A stretch of 40,726 nt of DNA from Eubacteriales bacterium (lineage in GTDB: Bacteria > Bacillota > Clostridia > Oscillospirales > CAG-382), in assembly GCA_045604285.1 (NCBI GenBank), contig JAZUNS010000157.1, forward strand, positions 1 through 40,726, written 5' to 3'. The notes below the pieces were generated by a model. The model saw nothing but the letters and a program-made list of their open reading frames with translations. It was not told the origin of the DNA and did no database searches. A program made the translations under genes and the position numbers. Below, in pieces: positions 8,723-19,582 of this stretch (positions within the stretch are counted from its first letter, which is position 1; each line of letters starts with the position of its first letter).

Positions 8723-9613
8723 TTATCCGTAGCGTTTACGGCTTTTAAGCTCGGTATAAAGCTTTACGTAATTTTCGTGACGGCTTTTTTGTATCCTGCC
8801 GTTTTTTACGTCGGCTATTACCGAACATCCTTCTTCTTTTAAGTGAGTGCATCCGCGGAACATACAGTTACCGATGCACTGACGGAACTCTGGGAAATGC
8901 ATATAAAGCTCGCCGTAATCTTCCACGCCGAGTTTATCCTCATCCAGCATGGTAAAACCGGGTGTATCTGCTATATACGTGTTTTCATCAACGGCAAAAA
9001 ATTCTGTATGCCTTGTGGTGTTGCGCCCGCGGGATATTTTTTTGCTAAGCTCGCCCGTTTCGGCATCCAGTGCGGGATACAACGCATTAAGCAGGCTTGA
9101 CTTGCCAACGCCCGACGCCCCCGCAAAGACTGAGGTTTTTCCCTTTAAAAAGGCTTTTAGCTCATCAACACCCTGCCCCGTCGCCGCAGAAAGAGGAAAG
9201 CAGGCGTAGGTTGCGGCACCGTATATCTCTGCAAGCTGTGCCGCAGGATGAAGGTCGCATTTATTTATTGCAAGGACAACGTCTATCCCTGCGCACTCCG
9301 CCATTACCGTAAGCTTATCTATGTTATATAAATAAGGCTCGGGCGTGGTGGTTGCCGTAACTATAACAAAGGTATCTATATTTGCCACCGGCGGGCGAGG
9401 CAACGAGTTTTTCCTTAAGGCGGCGTTGCGGATAAATCCGCTGCCGTCGGGGTTAAGCTCTACCTCTACCCTATCGCCTGCCATAAGACGAACGCCCTCC
9501 TTACGGATACGGCTGCCCGCCTTGCAAAGCAGTTCTTTATCGCCTAAGGCAACGGTATAAAGCCCCTTTTTTTCTTTAACGATAATGCCAAGCTCTGAAT
9601 TAATATTATACAT
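8723..9613 (-). CDS. rsgA: ribosome small subunit-dependent GTPase A
   Basis: RPPVANID, NKCD, GASGVGKSS, GRNTT, DTPG, C-x-F-x-x-C-x-H-x5-C. Confidence 0.96.
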   Translation of the reverse strand: MYNINSELGIIVKEKKGLYTVALGDKELLCKAGSRIRKEGVRLMAGDRVEVELNPDGSGFIRNAALRKNSLPRPPVANIDTFVIVTATTTPEPYLYNIDKLTVMAECAGIDVVLAINKCDLHPAAQLAEIYGAATYACFPLSAATGQGVDELKAFLKGKTSVFAGASGVGKSSLLNALYPALDAETGELSKKISRGRNTTRHTEFFAVDENTYIADTPGFTMLDEDKLGVEDYGELYMHFPEFRQCIGNCMFRGCTHLKEEGCSVIADVKNGRIQKSRHENYVKLYTELKSRKRYG

Positions 9614-11774
9614 CGTAGTTGCCGAATATGCCACTTTCTACAGAAATTTCGCTGCTTTCACTTTCAGCGCCGTCAGCAATTGTAACTATAACCATGTCAC
9701 CGGAATAAATAGGGTCGCCCGCCTGATGAGAAACGTTGACCACGGTTCCTTTGGGGGCAATAATGCTGCTGTCGTAAACGAAGCGCAGATGTGAAAAAAT
9801 ATCGTTTATAATAAACAAATTTCTAATTTCATTTTCGGTAAGTCCGAAAACGTCGGGCATAAATTTACACTGCTTGCTTATTTGTATATCCACCTTGGTA
9901 GGTCTTTGAACCACGGCGCCCTCGTCATACTCCTGCCAGATGACGGTTCCGTCGGCTTGCTCCGACTCTACAACCTCAACAGAGCCCAAGGAAAGCCCCA
10001 CGCTTATCAAAAGCTTTTCCGCTTCTTCTTCGGAAAGCTCCAATAGATTAGGCATATTTATGCTGTTATCGGGATAATACACGAAAATGCGGAACTTGTC
10101 GTTTTCCTTTATTACGGTACCGTCAGCCAGGTCTACAAACTCTTTATTCTGCTTAATTTGTACCTTAAGCACCTGAGAGGTAGAGGCGTACTGTATAACC
10201 TCCTGCAGATCCTCCGGCACGGTATCGGTGTTTTCGGAAACGTCAACCACCTCTACGTTAGCCTTAAAGTCAATATTCCAATCCTCAAAGCGTGCCTTTG
10301 CGTAAGACTCGCTGTAATAGGTTATATCGTCATAAATGCTTTCGTCAGGACCTTGGCTTATGGTAAGCACAAGACTTTTATAAAACTCGCTGCCCTCGGG
10401 GATGGTAACGGCACCGATCCTGTTTTGAGTTATTATCTCATTTTTAGGGCGGTCGCTTTTTACGGTTTTTATCTCTATATCCGTAATTTTATATTCTTCC
10501 TCCAAAAGCTCTTCAAGGTCTGCGTTGTACAGCTCACCCTCAAGCCTGGGAACGGTAGTAACGATCGGGTCGTTGCTGCCGTCGAATATAGACATAACGT
10601 AGTTTTCCACCAAGAACATGGCTATTGCCCCAACAACGATAAAAAACGAAAGAGCTATACCCAAAATTATGGGGAACATACTGTGGCTGGCACCCGTGAA
10701 TAACGATCGCTTGCGCTTATCGCTTTTTTGTGCCTTTGATGAATTTTTGGCTTTCTTTTTGCGTTTTGCCTTTGGCTCCTTTACCGCCTCGTCAACCTTT
10801 TTGGATGTGAATACAGAGGCATCTATGTCGGTATAAGGGGCGATATCTTCGATACTGGCTGTGGCTATACTGTCAATGTTGACAGCGTTGGGCAGAACGG
10901 CAGCCTCAGTGCTGCCCGACGTAAAAACCACATCAGGGTTGTTGTATACCACTTCAAGCGCCTTTAGCATACCGTGTGCCGAGGGGAACCTTGCGGTAGG
11001 CTCTTTTTCCAGCGCACGCAGAACTATCTGATTAAGCCCTTCCGGAATTGAGGCATTAACCTTTATAGGCTCTACAGGTGGGTCATTAACCTGCATCATT
11101 GCAACGTTTAAGGCGTTTTCATGAACAAAAGGAAGTCTGCCGGTACACATCTCGTAAATCATAATGCCCACCGAATACAGATCCGCATGGAAGTCGGTAG
11201 TTTTACCGCTTGCCTGCTCGGGGCTGATGTAATACACGGTACCTATTGCCTTTTCCGCAACTGTAAGGGAAGAGGCGTTGGGCAGCTTTGCTATGCCGAA
11301 ATCGGTTACTATTATTTCGCCGTTTTTCTTTAAGATAATATTTTGCGGCTTTATATCCCTATGGATAACGCCCTTGCTGTGGGCGTGCTCCAACGCCTTA
11401 AGGATCTGTATGGCGTAAAAGCAGCCCTCTTTCCAAAACAGCTGACCTTTACTGTCAATATACTCCTTAAGAGTAATGCCGTCAAGAAACTCCATAACGA
11501 TATATTTCATATCGTCATAAATTGCCACGTCGTAAATGCTTACGATATTCTTATGGGAAAGCATGGCAACCGCCTTGGACTCGTTTATAAAACGCTGCAC
11601 CATGGCGTCATCGGAATTAAGCTCGTTATTAAGTATTTTTATGGCAACAAGGCGGTTCATTATCAAGTCCTCTGCCTTAAAAACAAACGCCATTCCGCCC
11701 TCGCCCACAAGCTCTAATATTTTATAGCGGCGGTCAAGAACCTTGCCTATATACTCTGAATAATTCTTGCTCAT
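9606..11774 (-). CDS. pknB: PASTA-domain Ser/Thr kinase (PrkC/Stk1)
   Basis: GEGGMA, HRDIKPQN, DFG, YISPEQ; TM helix; PASTA-like repeats (MPNLLELSEEEA, MPDVFGLT). Confidence 0.95.
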   Translation of the reverse strand: MSKNYSEYIGKVLDRRYKILELVGEGGMAFVFKAEDLIMNRLVAIKILNNELNSDDAMVQRFINESKAVAMLSHKNIVSIYDVAIYDDMKYIVMEFLDGITLKEYIDSKGQLFWKEGCFYAIQILKALEHAHSKGVIHRDIKPQNIILKKNGEIIVTDFGIAKLPNASSLTVAEKAIGTVYYISPEQASGKTTDFHADLYSVGIMIYEMCTGRLPFVHENALNVAMMQVNDPPVEPIKVNASIPEGLNQIVLRALEKEPTARFPSAHGMLKALEVVYNNPDVVFTSGSTEAAVLPNAVNIDSIATASIEDIAPYTDIDASVFTSKKVDEAVKEPKAKRKKKAKNSSKAQKSDKRKRSLFTGASHSMFPIILGIALSFFIVVGAIAMFLVENYVMSIFDGSNDPIVTTVPRLEGELYNADLEELLEEEYKITDIEIKTVKSDRPKNEIITQNRIGAVTIPEGSEFYKSLVLTISQGPDESIYDDITYYSESYAKARFEDWNIDFKANVEVVDVSENTDTVPEDLQEVIQYASTSQVLKVQIKQNKEFVDLADGTVIKENDKFRIFVYYPDNSINMPNLLELSEEEAEKLLISVGLSLGSVEVVESEQADGTVIWQEYDEGAVVQRPTKVDIQISKQCKFMPDVFGLTENEIRNLFIINDIFSHLRFVYDSSIIAPKGTVVNVSHQAGDPIYSGDMVIVTIADGAESESSEISVESGIFGNYDV

Positions 11775-12514
11775 TTTTTGCCCTCCTTCATCAGAAGAAC
11801 TGCGGTGATATTATCTCCGCCGCCGCCTGACTTTGCGGCGGATATCAAAGACTTCACCTTGCTTTTTACTCCGCTGTCGGAGCCTATAATTTCACAAACC
11901 GTATCGGCAGGTGCGTAATTTGTAAGACCGTCACTGCAGATCAACAGCCCATCAAAATCCTCTACCATGAAAAAATCGGGTTCAACGGTTTTGGCTATAC
12001 CCAAAGCACGGGTTATTACGTTGCGATTGGGATGGCTTTGTGCTTCCTCTTCAGTTATCATGCCGCTGTCAACCAGATATTGCACGAAGGAGTGGTCCTT
12101 GGTTACCTGCACAAGCTTGCCTTTATGTATGCGATAAAGTCTGCTGTCGCCAACGTTTACCACAAAAGCCTTATCACGCCAAACGAAGGCGGCAACAAGG
12201 GTTGTACCCATGCCCTCCAGCTCTTCATCCTTTTGGGCTCTTTCTATAACCGCGCCGTTTGCTTCGGTTACGGCGGTTATCATGGCGCTTTTAATTATCT
12301 GCCCCGTAAGCCCCTCTCCGCTTTTGCCTATCTCTTTAAACAAGGTATCGGTGTAAACGCATACTGCCAGCTCGCTGGCTATATCGCCACCGCCTGCACC
12401 GCCCATGCCGTCACAAACCAAGGCAGAGATCCACTCGTCCCCCTCGGTAATTTTAAAGCTGTCCTCATTACGGCGGCGTACCTTGCCTACATCACTTTTA
12501 CCATAGCTTGTCAT
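11771..12514 (-). CDS. PP2C-type Ser/Thr phosphatase (Stp1/PrpC)
   Basis: RRRNED, DGMGG, GMGTT, NVGDSR, CSDGL, DNIT. Confidence 0.95.
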   Translation of the reverse strand: MTSYGKSDVGKVRRRNEDSFKITEGDEWISALVCDGMGGAGGGDIASELAVCVYTDTLFKEIGKSGEGLTGQIIKSAMITAVTEANGAVIERAQKDEELEGMGTTLVAAFVWRDKAFVVNVGDSRLYRIHKGKLVQVTKDHSFVQYLVDSGMITEEEAQSHPNRNVITRALGIAKTVEPDFFMVEDFDGLLICSDGLTNYAPADTVCEIIGSDSGVKSKVKSLISAAKSGGGGDNITAVLLMKEGKK

Positions 12515-12531
12515 TCTATCACCTTTTTTTG

Positions 12532-13563
12532 CTATTTAACCAAGCTTTCGTGTTCGTCTCTTAACTGACCGCAGGCGGCGGATATATCGCTGCCAAGCTT
12601 GCGGCGCACCGTTGCGGTTATACCAAAGCCCTCTAAAACCTTTATAAAGGCTGCGGCGGCTGCTTTTGTTCCGCCTTTAAAGCTACGCTCTTTAATTTCG
12701 TTAACCGGTATAAGGTTAACGTGGCAAAGGCTGCCCTTAAGCTTTTTGCCAAGCTCGGTTGCCAACTGCGGTGTATCGGTAACCCCGGAAATAAGGGCGT
12801 ATTCAAAGCTTGTGCGTCTGCCGGTTTTCTGCTCGTAATCTCTGCAGGCCTGCAAAAGCTCGTCAACCGAATACTTGTTGGCTATAGGCATTATGCTTTG
12901 CCTAAGCTCGTCGTTAGGGGCGTGGAGGGAAACCGAAAGGGTTATTTGCAGCTTCTCCTCTGCAAGTCTGTATATGTTTTCCACCAAACCGCAGGTGGAA
13001 AGCGAGATATGTCTGTGTCCTATATTAAGTCCCTTGGGGTGATTTACCAGCTTAAGGAACTTAAGCACGTTATCATAATTATCAAGGGGTTCGCCCATGC
13101 CCATCAGCACCACGCCGGAGACGTGCTCGCCAAGCTCCTTTTCTGCCCTTTGTATCTGAGATATCATCTCTGCGGCAAGAAGGTTGCGTTTAAGCCCCTT
13201 AAGGGTAGAAGCGCAAAATTTGCATCCCATGCGGCAGCCTGCCTGGGTAGATATACAAAGAGTGTTGCCGTGATTGTAACGCATAAACACGCTTTCTATG
13301 TATTCCCCATCGTAAAGCCTAAACAAAAACTTTACGGTGCCGTCTATGGCGGAAACCTGCTTTGCCGCAACGGTAACGTCGGGTATAAAGCAGTTTTCCT
13401 TAAGCTGTTCTCTAAGGGGCTTGGAAAGATCGGTCATCCCGTCAAAATCCGTGCCCACAAGGTGAAGCCAGCGGAATATTTGGTCTGCCCTGTATTTGGG
13501 CTGACCCATATCTGCCATAAGGGTTTTAAGCTCCTCGGGCAACATACTTTTTATATCAACCAT
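12532..13563 (-). CDS. rlmN: 23S rRNA m2A2503 / tRNA methyltransferase RlmN
   Basis: CISTQAGCRMGCKFCAS, MGMGEP, AACGQL; start at ATG 13563 (TAATG overlap with rsmB). Confidence 0.96.
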   Translation of the reverse strand: MVDIKSMLPEELKTLMADMGQPKYRADQIFRWLHLVGTDFDGMTDLSKPLREQLKENCFIPDVTVAAKQVSAIDGTVKFLFRLYDGEYIESVFMRYNHGNTLCISTQAGCRMGCKFCASTLKGLKRNLLAAEMISQIQRAEKELGEHVSGVVLMGMGEPLDNYDNVLKFLKLVNHPKGLNIGHRHISLSTCGLVENIYRLAEEKLQITLSVSLHAPNDELRQSIMPIANKYSVDELLQACRDYEQKTGRRTSFEYALISGVTDTPQLATELGKKLKGSLCHVNLIPVNEIKERSFKGGTKAAAAAFIKVLEGFGITATVRRKLGSDISAACGQLRDEHESLVK

Positions 13564-14816
13564 TATTTTTTCTCCAACACGGCTATATAAAAGCCGTCGT
13601 GCCACTTTTCCGCAGGCAAAACGGTACGCTCGCTTACAAGCACTGCGGCGTTTTCTTTAACGAAGGGATGTACCACACCCTCGTTTTCGTCCTTGTTGAT
13701 GGTGCAGGTGGAATAAACCAGCCTGCCGCCCGGTTTAAGATAAGAAAAGGCGTTTTTTAATATGGCACGCTGGGTTTCTATAAGCCTTTCCATACCCTGC
13801 AGGTCTTTATATCTTATCTCGGGTCTGCCCTTTATTGCCCCTATGCCGGAGCAAGGTACGTCACATATAATTCGGTCGGCTTTTTCATAAAGCTCTTGGT
13901 TAAAGCTTCTGCCGTCCTGCTCACGAGTGCTTACGATGGTAACGCCAAGGTTATTTGCCGTTTTTGTTATTAAGGAAAGCTTGTTTGCGTGGATATCCAT
14001 TGAAAGCACGGTACCACTGTTTTTCATATCCAATGCGGCGCCCAAGGTTTTACCGCCCGGGCAAGCGCAAACGTCTAAAACGAAGTTGCCGCCTTCTGCA
14101 CCCAAAGCGCTGACCGCCGCCTGGGAGGACAGCCCCTGAACAAAGCAACGCCCTTCTTCTACCAAGGAGATGCCCTTATCGGCACCTGACGTAACGACCA
14201 CCGCTTTTTGATAAAGCTGTGCCTCTGCCCCTCGGGATAAAAGCTCGTTTAACAGCTCCTCGCCTGTGTTTTTTAGGGTGTTTGGTCTTAATATCAATGG
14301 GTTGTGGTCGAAAAATGCCGCCAATACGGCATCCTTATCCTTCGGATACTGACGGGCGATAAGGTCACATATCTCAGAAGAGATGGAATATTTTACGCTG
14401 TCATCGCTTTGCGCCACCGCATCTATGAGCTCATCACGTTTGCGGCAGGCGGTACGCATTATTGCGTTGACAAAGCCCTTACGTTTTTTTCCGCCCACAA
14501 GGGCAACGCTTTCACTGCAGGCTGCCATATCCGGCACCTTCATAAAGAAAAGCTGTAAAAAGCCAAGGCGCAACACCGCAACAAGCTCCGGCTCTATTTC
14601 CGAAAGTGCTCTGCCCGATGCCTTTTCTATCATAAAATCCAAGGTAAGCTTTCTTTCCACGCCGCCGTTTACCAGGGCGACGCCGAAGGATTTATCTATA
14701 CCGTTAAGGTCATGCTTTTTTAAAGCAGAGGATATTTCTATGTTAGAGTAAGCACCCTGCTCCCACACACGGCGAAGCACGGAAAGTGCAAACTGCCTTG
14801 CCTTATCAGTACCCAA
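13563..14816 (-). CDS. rsmB: 16S rRNA m5C967 methyltransferase RsmB
   Basis: NusB-like N-terminus, DVCACPGGKT, DVPCSG, YSTCT; TTG start after GAGGAG. Confidence 0.94.
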   Translation of the reverse strand: MGTDKARQFALSVLRRVWEQGAYSNIEISSALKKHDLNGIDKSFGVALVNGGVERKLTLDFMIEKASGRALSEIEPELVAVLRLGFLQLFFMKVPDMAACSESVALVGGKKRKGFVNAIMRTACRKRDELIDAVAQSDDSVKYSISSEICDLIARQYPKDKDAVLAAFFDHNPLILRPNTLKNTGEELLNELLSRGAEAQLYQKAVVVTSGADKGISLVEEGRCFVQGLSSQAAVSALGAEGGNFVLDVCACPGGKTLGAALDMKNSGTVLSMDIHANKLSLITKTANNLGVTIVSTREQDGRSFNQELYEKADRIICDVPCSGIGAIKGRPEIRYKDLQGMERLIETQRAILKNAFSYLKPGGRLVYSTCTINKDENEGVVHPFVKENAAVLVSERTVLPAEKWHDGFYIAVLEKK

Positions 14817-14817
14817 T

Positions 14818-15522
14818 TTAATTTCTCCTCTTAGCAATGGAAATGTATCTGAGCAGCATTAAAAGGTTTGTTGCCAGCGCCGCAACGTAGGTCATTGCCG
14901 CAGAGCTAAGCACCTTTTTTGCGCCGCCTATTTCGTCATCGGCAAGTATGCCGCAGTTTTCCATTGCTTTAAGCGCCCTGCGGCTTGCATCAAATTCTAC
15001 GGGTAAGGTTACAAGCTGAAACACGGTGGATAAGGAAAACAGCAATATTCCTGCCCACACAAGTCCCATTACGCCCAGAAACAGCCCCAATACCAAAAGG
15101 GGCATGGAAAGGCGAGAACCGAAATTTGTAATGGGAACTATTGCCATACGAAGCTTTGCAGGGCCGTACTCCTGCTGATACTGTATTGCGTGGCCCGCCT
15201 CGTGGCAGGCAACGCCTATAGCAGCAACAGAGCTTTTGCCGTAGACTGAATCGGAAAGAGAGATAACCTTGGTTCTTGGGTTATAGTTGTCGGTTAAAGA
15301 GCCGCTTACCCTGCCGATGTTTACGTCATAAACGCCGCTTGAGGCAAGCATTCGTTGCACAGCCTGCTCTGCCGTTAGGCCGCTTTTTGCCGCACGCTTG
15401 GCATATTTATTAAACGTTGTTGATACCCTTGCGCTGATTATCATGGAAACCAGCATAGCCATTATTAAAACTATATACGTCCAATCAACGGTTACGTAAC
15501 CGTAATAGCCGTAGTAACCCAT
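14818..15522 (-). CDS. membrane zinc metallopeptidase (YugP / Zn_peptidase_2)
   Basis: LTDNYNP, HEAGHAIQ, TLPVEFDAS, AAMTYVA. Confidence 0.92.
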   Translation of the reverse strand: MGYYGYYGYVTVDWTYIVLIMAMLVSMIISARVSTTFNKYAKRAAKSGLTAEQAVQRMLASSGVYDVNIGRVSGSLTDNYNPRTKVISLSDSVYGKSSVAAIGVACHEAGHAIQYQQEYGPAKLRMAIVPITNFGSRLSMPLLVLGLFLGVMGLVWAGILLFSLSTVFQLVTLPVEFDASRRALKAMENCGILADDEIGGAKKVLSSAAMTYVAALATNLLMLLRYISIAKRRN

Positions 15523-15537
15523 AAAACCTCTCCTGTT

Positions 15538-16440
15538 TTATATCTTGTTGCCTGCAAGAAAATCCTTGGCTGTCATGGCACGCTTGCCCTCGGGCTGAAG
15601 CTTTGTAACCACTACGCTGCCGCTGCCGCAGGCTATTTCTATGCCCTCTGCCGTGGCAGAAATCACCGTACCGAAGGCACCGTTACCGTTGCCTATGCAG
15701 GCGCTGATTAATTTATATCGCTTGCCGTTAATAAACGCAAATGCGCTGGGATAGGGGGAAAGCCCCCTTATTTTATTGTAAACCTCAGTATTGCCGGCAG
15801 AAAAATCTATTTCCGCTTCGCTTTTTTCTATTTTTGCCGCATAAGTAGCCTTTGATTCATCCTGGGGTACGGGCGTAAAACCGTCGCCTGCCAAAAACTC
15901 GCTTATGGCATCGGCACCGAGCTCTGCAAGAAGGTCGTGGTATTCGCCTGCGGTCATATCCGCAGTTATGGCGGTTTCCTTAACCAACAGCATATCGCCG
16001 GTATCAAGCCCCTCTGCCATTTGCATAACGGTTACGCCGCCTACGGTATCCCCCTCCATAATCGCACGGTTTATGGGGGCGGCACCTCTGTGTCTGGGTA
16101 AAAGGGATGCGTGTATATTAACACAGCCGCCCTTTGCCGCACAAAGAACCTCTTTGGGCAAAATCATGCCGTAAGCGGCAACAACTATATAATCTGCATT
16201 TTCTGCTTTAATTATGCTTTGCGCCTCTTCACTTTTAAGGCTGGTGGGTTGATATACCTTCAACCCTTTTTCCAAAGCGTATGCCTTTACGGGCGAGGGG
16301 GTAAACGCCATACCTCTGCCCCGCTGTTTATCCGGCTGGGTCAATACAAGGGAAACGTTATGCCCGTCGTTATATATGCGCTCTAAAGCCTTTACGGCAA
16401 AATCGGGGGTACCCATGAAAATTATTTTACATGTTTTCAA
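15538..16440 (-). CDS. fmt: methionyl-tRNA formyltransferase
   Basis: FMGTPDF, TQPDK, NIHASLLPRHRGAAPI. Confidence 0.97.
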   Translation of the reverse strand: MKTCKIIFMGTPDFAVKALERIYNDGHNVSLVLTQPDKQRGRGMAFTPSPVKAYALEKGLKVYQPTSLKSEEAQSIIKAENADYIVVAAYGMILPKEVLCAAKGGCVNIHASLLPRHRGAAPINRAIMEGDTVGGVTVMQMAEGLDTGDMLLVKETAITADMTAGEYHDLLAELGADAISEFLAGDGFTPVPQDESKATYAAKIEKSEAEIDFSAGNTEVYNKIRGLSPYPSAFAFINGKRYKLISACIGNGNGAFGTVISATAEGIEIACGSGSVVVTKLQPEGKRAMTAKDFLAGNKI

Positions 16441-16897
16441 GCTCTTCCTCCGTAAGCATACGCACTACATTATCGGTAAAAAGAATACCGTTAAGGTGGT
16501 CGATTTCATGACAGAAGCAGCGGGCAACCAAGCCTGTTCCGCTGGCTTCGTAGTATTTGCCCTTGCGGTTCATTGCCCTAACCTTTACAAAGGCGGGACG
16601 CTTGGTTATACCCCATTGACCCGGGCAGGAAAGACAGCCTTCGCACTCCTCCTGCTGACCCTTGGTTTCTATAATTTCGGGGTTAATAAGCTCAAGCACC
16701 TCTTCGCCGTTATCAACAAGTACAACACGGCGCAATATGCCTATCTGGGGTGCGGCAAGACCTACCCCGCCGGAATCCTTAAGAGTCTCTTGCATATCGT
16801 CAAGCAACTGAATAAGTCTGGGGCTGAGTTTTTCTACCGGTCTGGAAACCTTGCGCAGGGTTTCTTCCCCGTCCTTTAATATATTAAGTAAAGCCAT
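16427..16897 (-). CDS. def: peptide deformylase
   Basis: GVGLAAPQ, EGCLS, HEIDHLNG. Confidence 0.98.
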   Translation of the reverse strand: MALLNILKDGEETLRKVSRPVEKLSPRLIQLLDDMQETLKDSGGVGLAAPQIGILRRVVLVDNGEEVLELINPEIIETKGQQEECEGCLSCPGQWGITKRPAFVKVRAMNRKGKYYEASGTGLVARCFCHEIDHLNGILFTDNVVRMLTEEELENM

Positions 16898-16909
16898 AAC
16901 TATACCTCA

Positions 16910-19315
16910 CTACACGGTAAAAGGATTTATATCAATATCCACCGCAGCCATGCCCTTGCGGGGAACGGAAAACTCGGATACAAGCTTTCTGAAAAAACTG
17001 CGGCACTCCTTAGAATCTCTGTATTTAACTATTATTTTGTTGCGGTATTTACCGCCTATTTTATATATGCCCTCTTTATATGGCCCCATTTTTATCAATT
17101 TTAAATCTTTTGCGGCGTCCGATTCCTTCTCAAAATATGCAGAGAAAGCCGCTGCAGTGGCGTTTACCTCATCCTCGTCAGAGGAGGAAAAGGAAAAGAC
17201 CGCAATATCGCAATAGGGCGGAAACACCACTGCCTTTCTAAGCCTTATTTCGCTTTTATAAAAGGCACCGTAATCCTGCCTTGCACCCAGCCTTAGGGTT
17301 TGGTGCAACGGGTTATAGGTTTGAATTATTGCCCTGCCCTGCTTGCCTGCCCTGCCTGCTCTGCCCACAAGCTGAGTTATTAGGGAAAACATTCGCTCGC
17401 AGGAGCGAAAATCGCTCATATACAAAACACTGTCCGCCATTACCAACCCGACCAGAGATACTTTGGGGAAATCCAAGCCCTTAACGACCATTTGCGTGCC
17501 GTAAAGAACAGAAGCCTCGCCCCGACCGAACTCTTCAAGTATTTCATCGTGAGAGCGCTTTGCTACGGTTGTATCGGTGTCCATACGCAGTGCCTTGCCC
17601 TCGCCCAACAGCTCTTCAAGCTCATCCTGCAAAAGCTGGGTACCGTAGCCGAAATAGCCGATATGGGCGCTGCCGCACTGGGGACATTTTTGGGGTTTAT
17701 TTTCGATTCTGCCGCAGTAGTGGCAAATAAGCTTGCCACGCTTGTTGGCATCGTTGCTGTATGCGTGATAATTAAGGGATACCGAGCAACGGTCGCAAGT
17801 AAAAACATGACCGCAGCTTCTGCAGCGCAAAGCGGAGTTATATCCCCGTCTGCCGAGGAAAAGTATTGCCTGCTCGCCCCTGCTTACGGTTTCCAAAAGA
17901 GCCTCTCTCAGCTCTTCTCCCAAAAGCCTGCCTTTTTCTATATGTGGATCTCCGACGATATCGGCTATCTCAACCGAGGGAAGCTCGGTACCGCCAAAGC
18001 GTTCATCCAAGGTTAGCAGATGGTACACGCCCATCTCTGCCCGATAATAGCTTTCCACCGAGGGGGTTGCCGACGCCAAAAGCATAAGCGCCTTGTGTCT
18101 GGCGCAACGGAACCTTGCAATATCCCTTGCGTGGTATTTTGGGCTTTTTTCGGATTTATAGGTGTGCTCCTGCTCCTCATCCATAACGATAAGCCCTATG
18201 TTGTCGAAGGGAGCGAACACCGCTGAGCGAGTGCCTATAACCACCTTTACCTGTCCTGAACGGATACGGGCGTAGGTATCGGCTTTTTCGCCAACGGAAA
18301 GCTTGGAATGGATGACCGCACATTTATCACCGTAGCGGGCAAAATATGTGGAAACTGCCTGGGCGGTAAGTCCTATCTCGGGGATAAGCACTATGGCGTT
18401 TCTGCCTTGGTTAAGTGCCTCGTCCACCGCCTCAAGTATCAGCTTGGTTTTGCCGCTGCCGGTTACACCGTGAAGCAGGCACGCTTTAGCATCGCCGCAA
18501 CGCATATATTGCAAGATGCTGTCCCGTACTGCCTGCTGTTTATCAGAAAGCACGTAGGGCTTGGGGGCAAATTCCGCAGCGTCATAGGGCAACCGCTGAA
18601 CACGCTTGCGATAAAGAGCAACCGTGCCCTTGGTTTCCATATTCCTTACCGTTGCGGCGGATACACCCGATTGGGACAGCCACGCCGCAGACCTGTCGGA
18701 CTGAGCCAAAAGCTTTATAAGAAGCTGCTGTTTTTTACCCTTGACCTCTGCCGTTGGGTCCAAAAGTCTTACCCAAAGCTCGGTTTTTATGTTTGATTTT
18801 TCGGCAACCTCGCTGTGCCTTTCCAAATGCCCCTTTTTGCAAAGGCTTTGTGCCATCCTTAAGCCATCGCCGCCGAAGGAACGGATAATATCCTGCTCGT
18901 AGGCTTTTTCCTTTTGCTTTACAAAGCAGTACAGTTCGTCGTCACACACGGAAGGTAACGCAGTATAATAAACCTTGCTTTTTAGGTTTACGCCGTCGGG
19001 CAGCATAAGCTTTAAAGCGCTGCCATAGGTGCAAAAGCAACGGTCACGGATGAATGCCGCAAGTGCCATTGCCTCATCCGTTGCGGCAAGCTCATATTCG
19101 GGCAAAGAGTACAAGGGCTTTACGCCGTCCTCTACCCGGTCAGCCTCCCACACACGGACGATAAATGCGCTTTGACGCCTATTGCTTTTTCCAAAGGGAA
19201 CCACCGCCAAAACACCCTTTGCCGCCCTGCTTTTTAGCTCTTCGGGGACGGAATAGGTATACGCCTTATCGTAGGCGGGCGTGGTATCAAGCAGGTAAAC
19301 CTCACAAAGCAACAT
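16910..19315 (-). CDS. priA: primosomal protein N' (replication restart helicase)
   Basis: GVTGSGKT, DEEQE, four CxxC pairs, GRAGR. Confidence 0.97.
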   Translation of the reverse strand: MLLCEVYLLDTTPAYDKAYTYSVPEELKSRAAKGVLAVVPFGKSNRRQSAFIVRVWEADRVEDGVKPLYSLPEYELAATDEAMALAAFIRDRCFCTYGSALKLMLPDGVNLKSKVYYTALPSVCDDELYCFVKQKEKAYEQDIIRSFGGDGLRMAQSLCKKGHLERHSEVAEKSNIKTELWVRLLDPTAEVKGKKQQLLIKLLAQSDRSAAWLSQSGVSAATVRNMETKGTVALYRKRVQRLPYDAAEFAPKPYVLSDKQQAVRDSILQYMRCGDAKACLLHGVTGSGKTKLILEAVDEALNQGRNAIVLIPEIGLTAQAVSTYFARYGDKCAVIHSKLSVGEKADTYARIRSGQVKVVIGTRSAVFAPFDNIGLIVMDEEQEHTYKSEKSPKYHARDIARFRCARHKALMLLASATPSVESYYRAEMGVYHLLTLDERFGGTELPSVEIADIVGDPHIEKGRLLGEELREALLETVSRGEQAILFLGRRGYNSALRCRSCGHVFTCDRCSVSLNYHAYSNDANKRGKLICHYCGRIENKPQKCPQCGSAHIGYFGYGTQLLQDELEELLGEGKALRMDTDTTVAKRSHDEILEEFGRGEASVLYGTQMVVKGLDFPKVSLVGLVMADSVLYMSDFRSCERMFSLITQLVGRAGRAGKQGRAIIQTYNPLHQTLRLGARQDYGAFYKSEIRLRKAVVFPPYCDIAVFSFSSSDEDEVNATAAAFSAYFEKESDAAKDLKLIKMGPYKEGIYKIGGKYRNKIIVKYRDSKECRSFFRKLVSEFSVPRKGMAAVDIDINPFTV

Positions 19316-19319
19316 ATCT

Positions 19320-19550
19320 TTATTTTACAATTACGTTAAACTCGCCGTCCTGAAGCTTATGAACAGCGGCACTTACTGCCTTTTCGTTGGGGTTTTCTTC
19401 AGGCTTATCATAATCCTTGCGCATTTCGCCGTACTCAAGGTCCTGGTTCTGCTTATAGGTGATGTAGCGTGCGCCCTTTGCGGTAGCAATAACCAGCATA
19501 TAACGGTTAACGTCGTTGTTTGTTAAATCCTGAACGGAAGGGTAAAGCAT
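19320..19550 (-). CDS. rpoZ: RNA polymerase omega subunit
   Basis: MLYPSV..NRYMLVIATAKGAR; located between gmk and priA. Confidence 0.9.
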   Translation of the reverse strand: MLYPSVQDLTNNDVNRYMLVIATAKGARYITYKQNQDLEYGEMRKDYDKPEENPNEKAVSAAVHKLQDGEFNVIVK

Positions 19551-19582
19551 ATTTATATCCTCTCTTTACTGTAATTGTATTG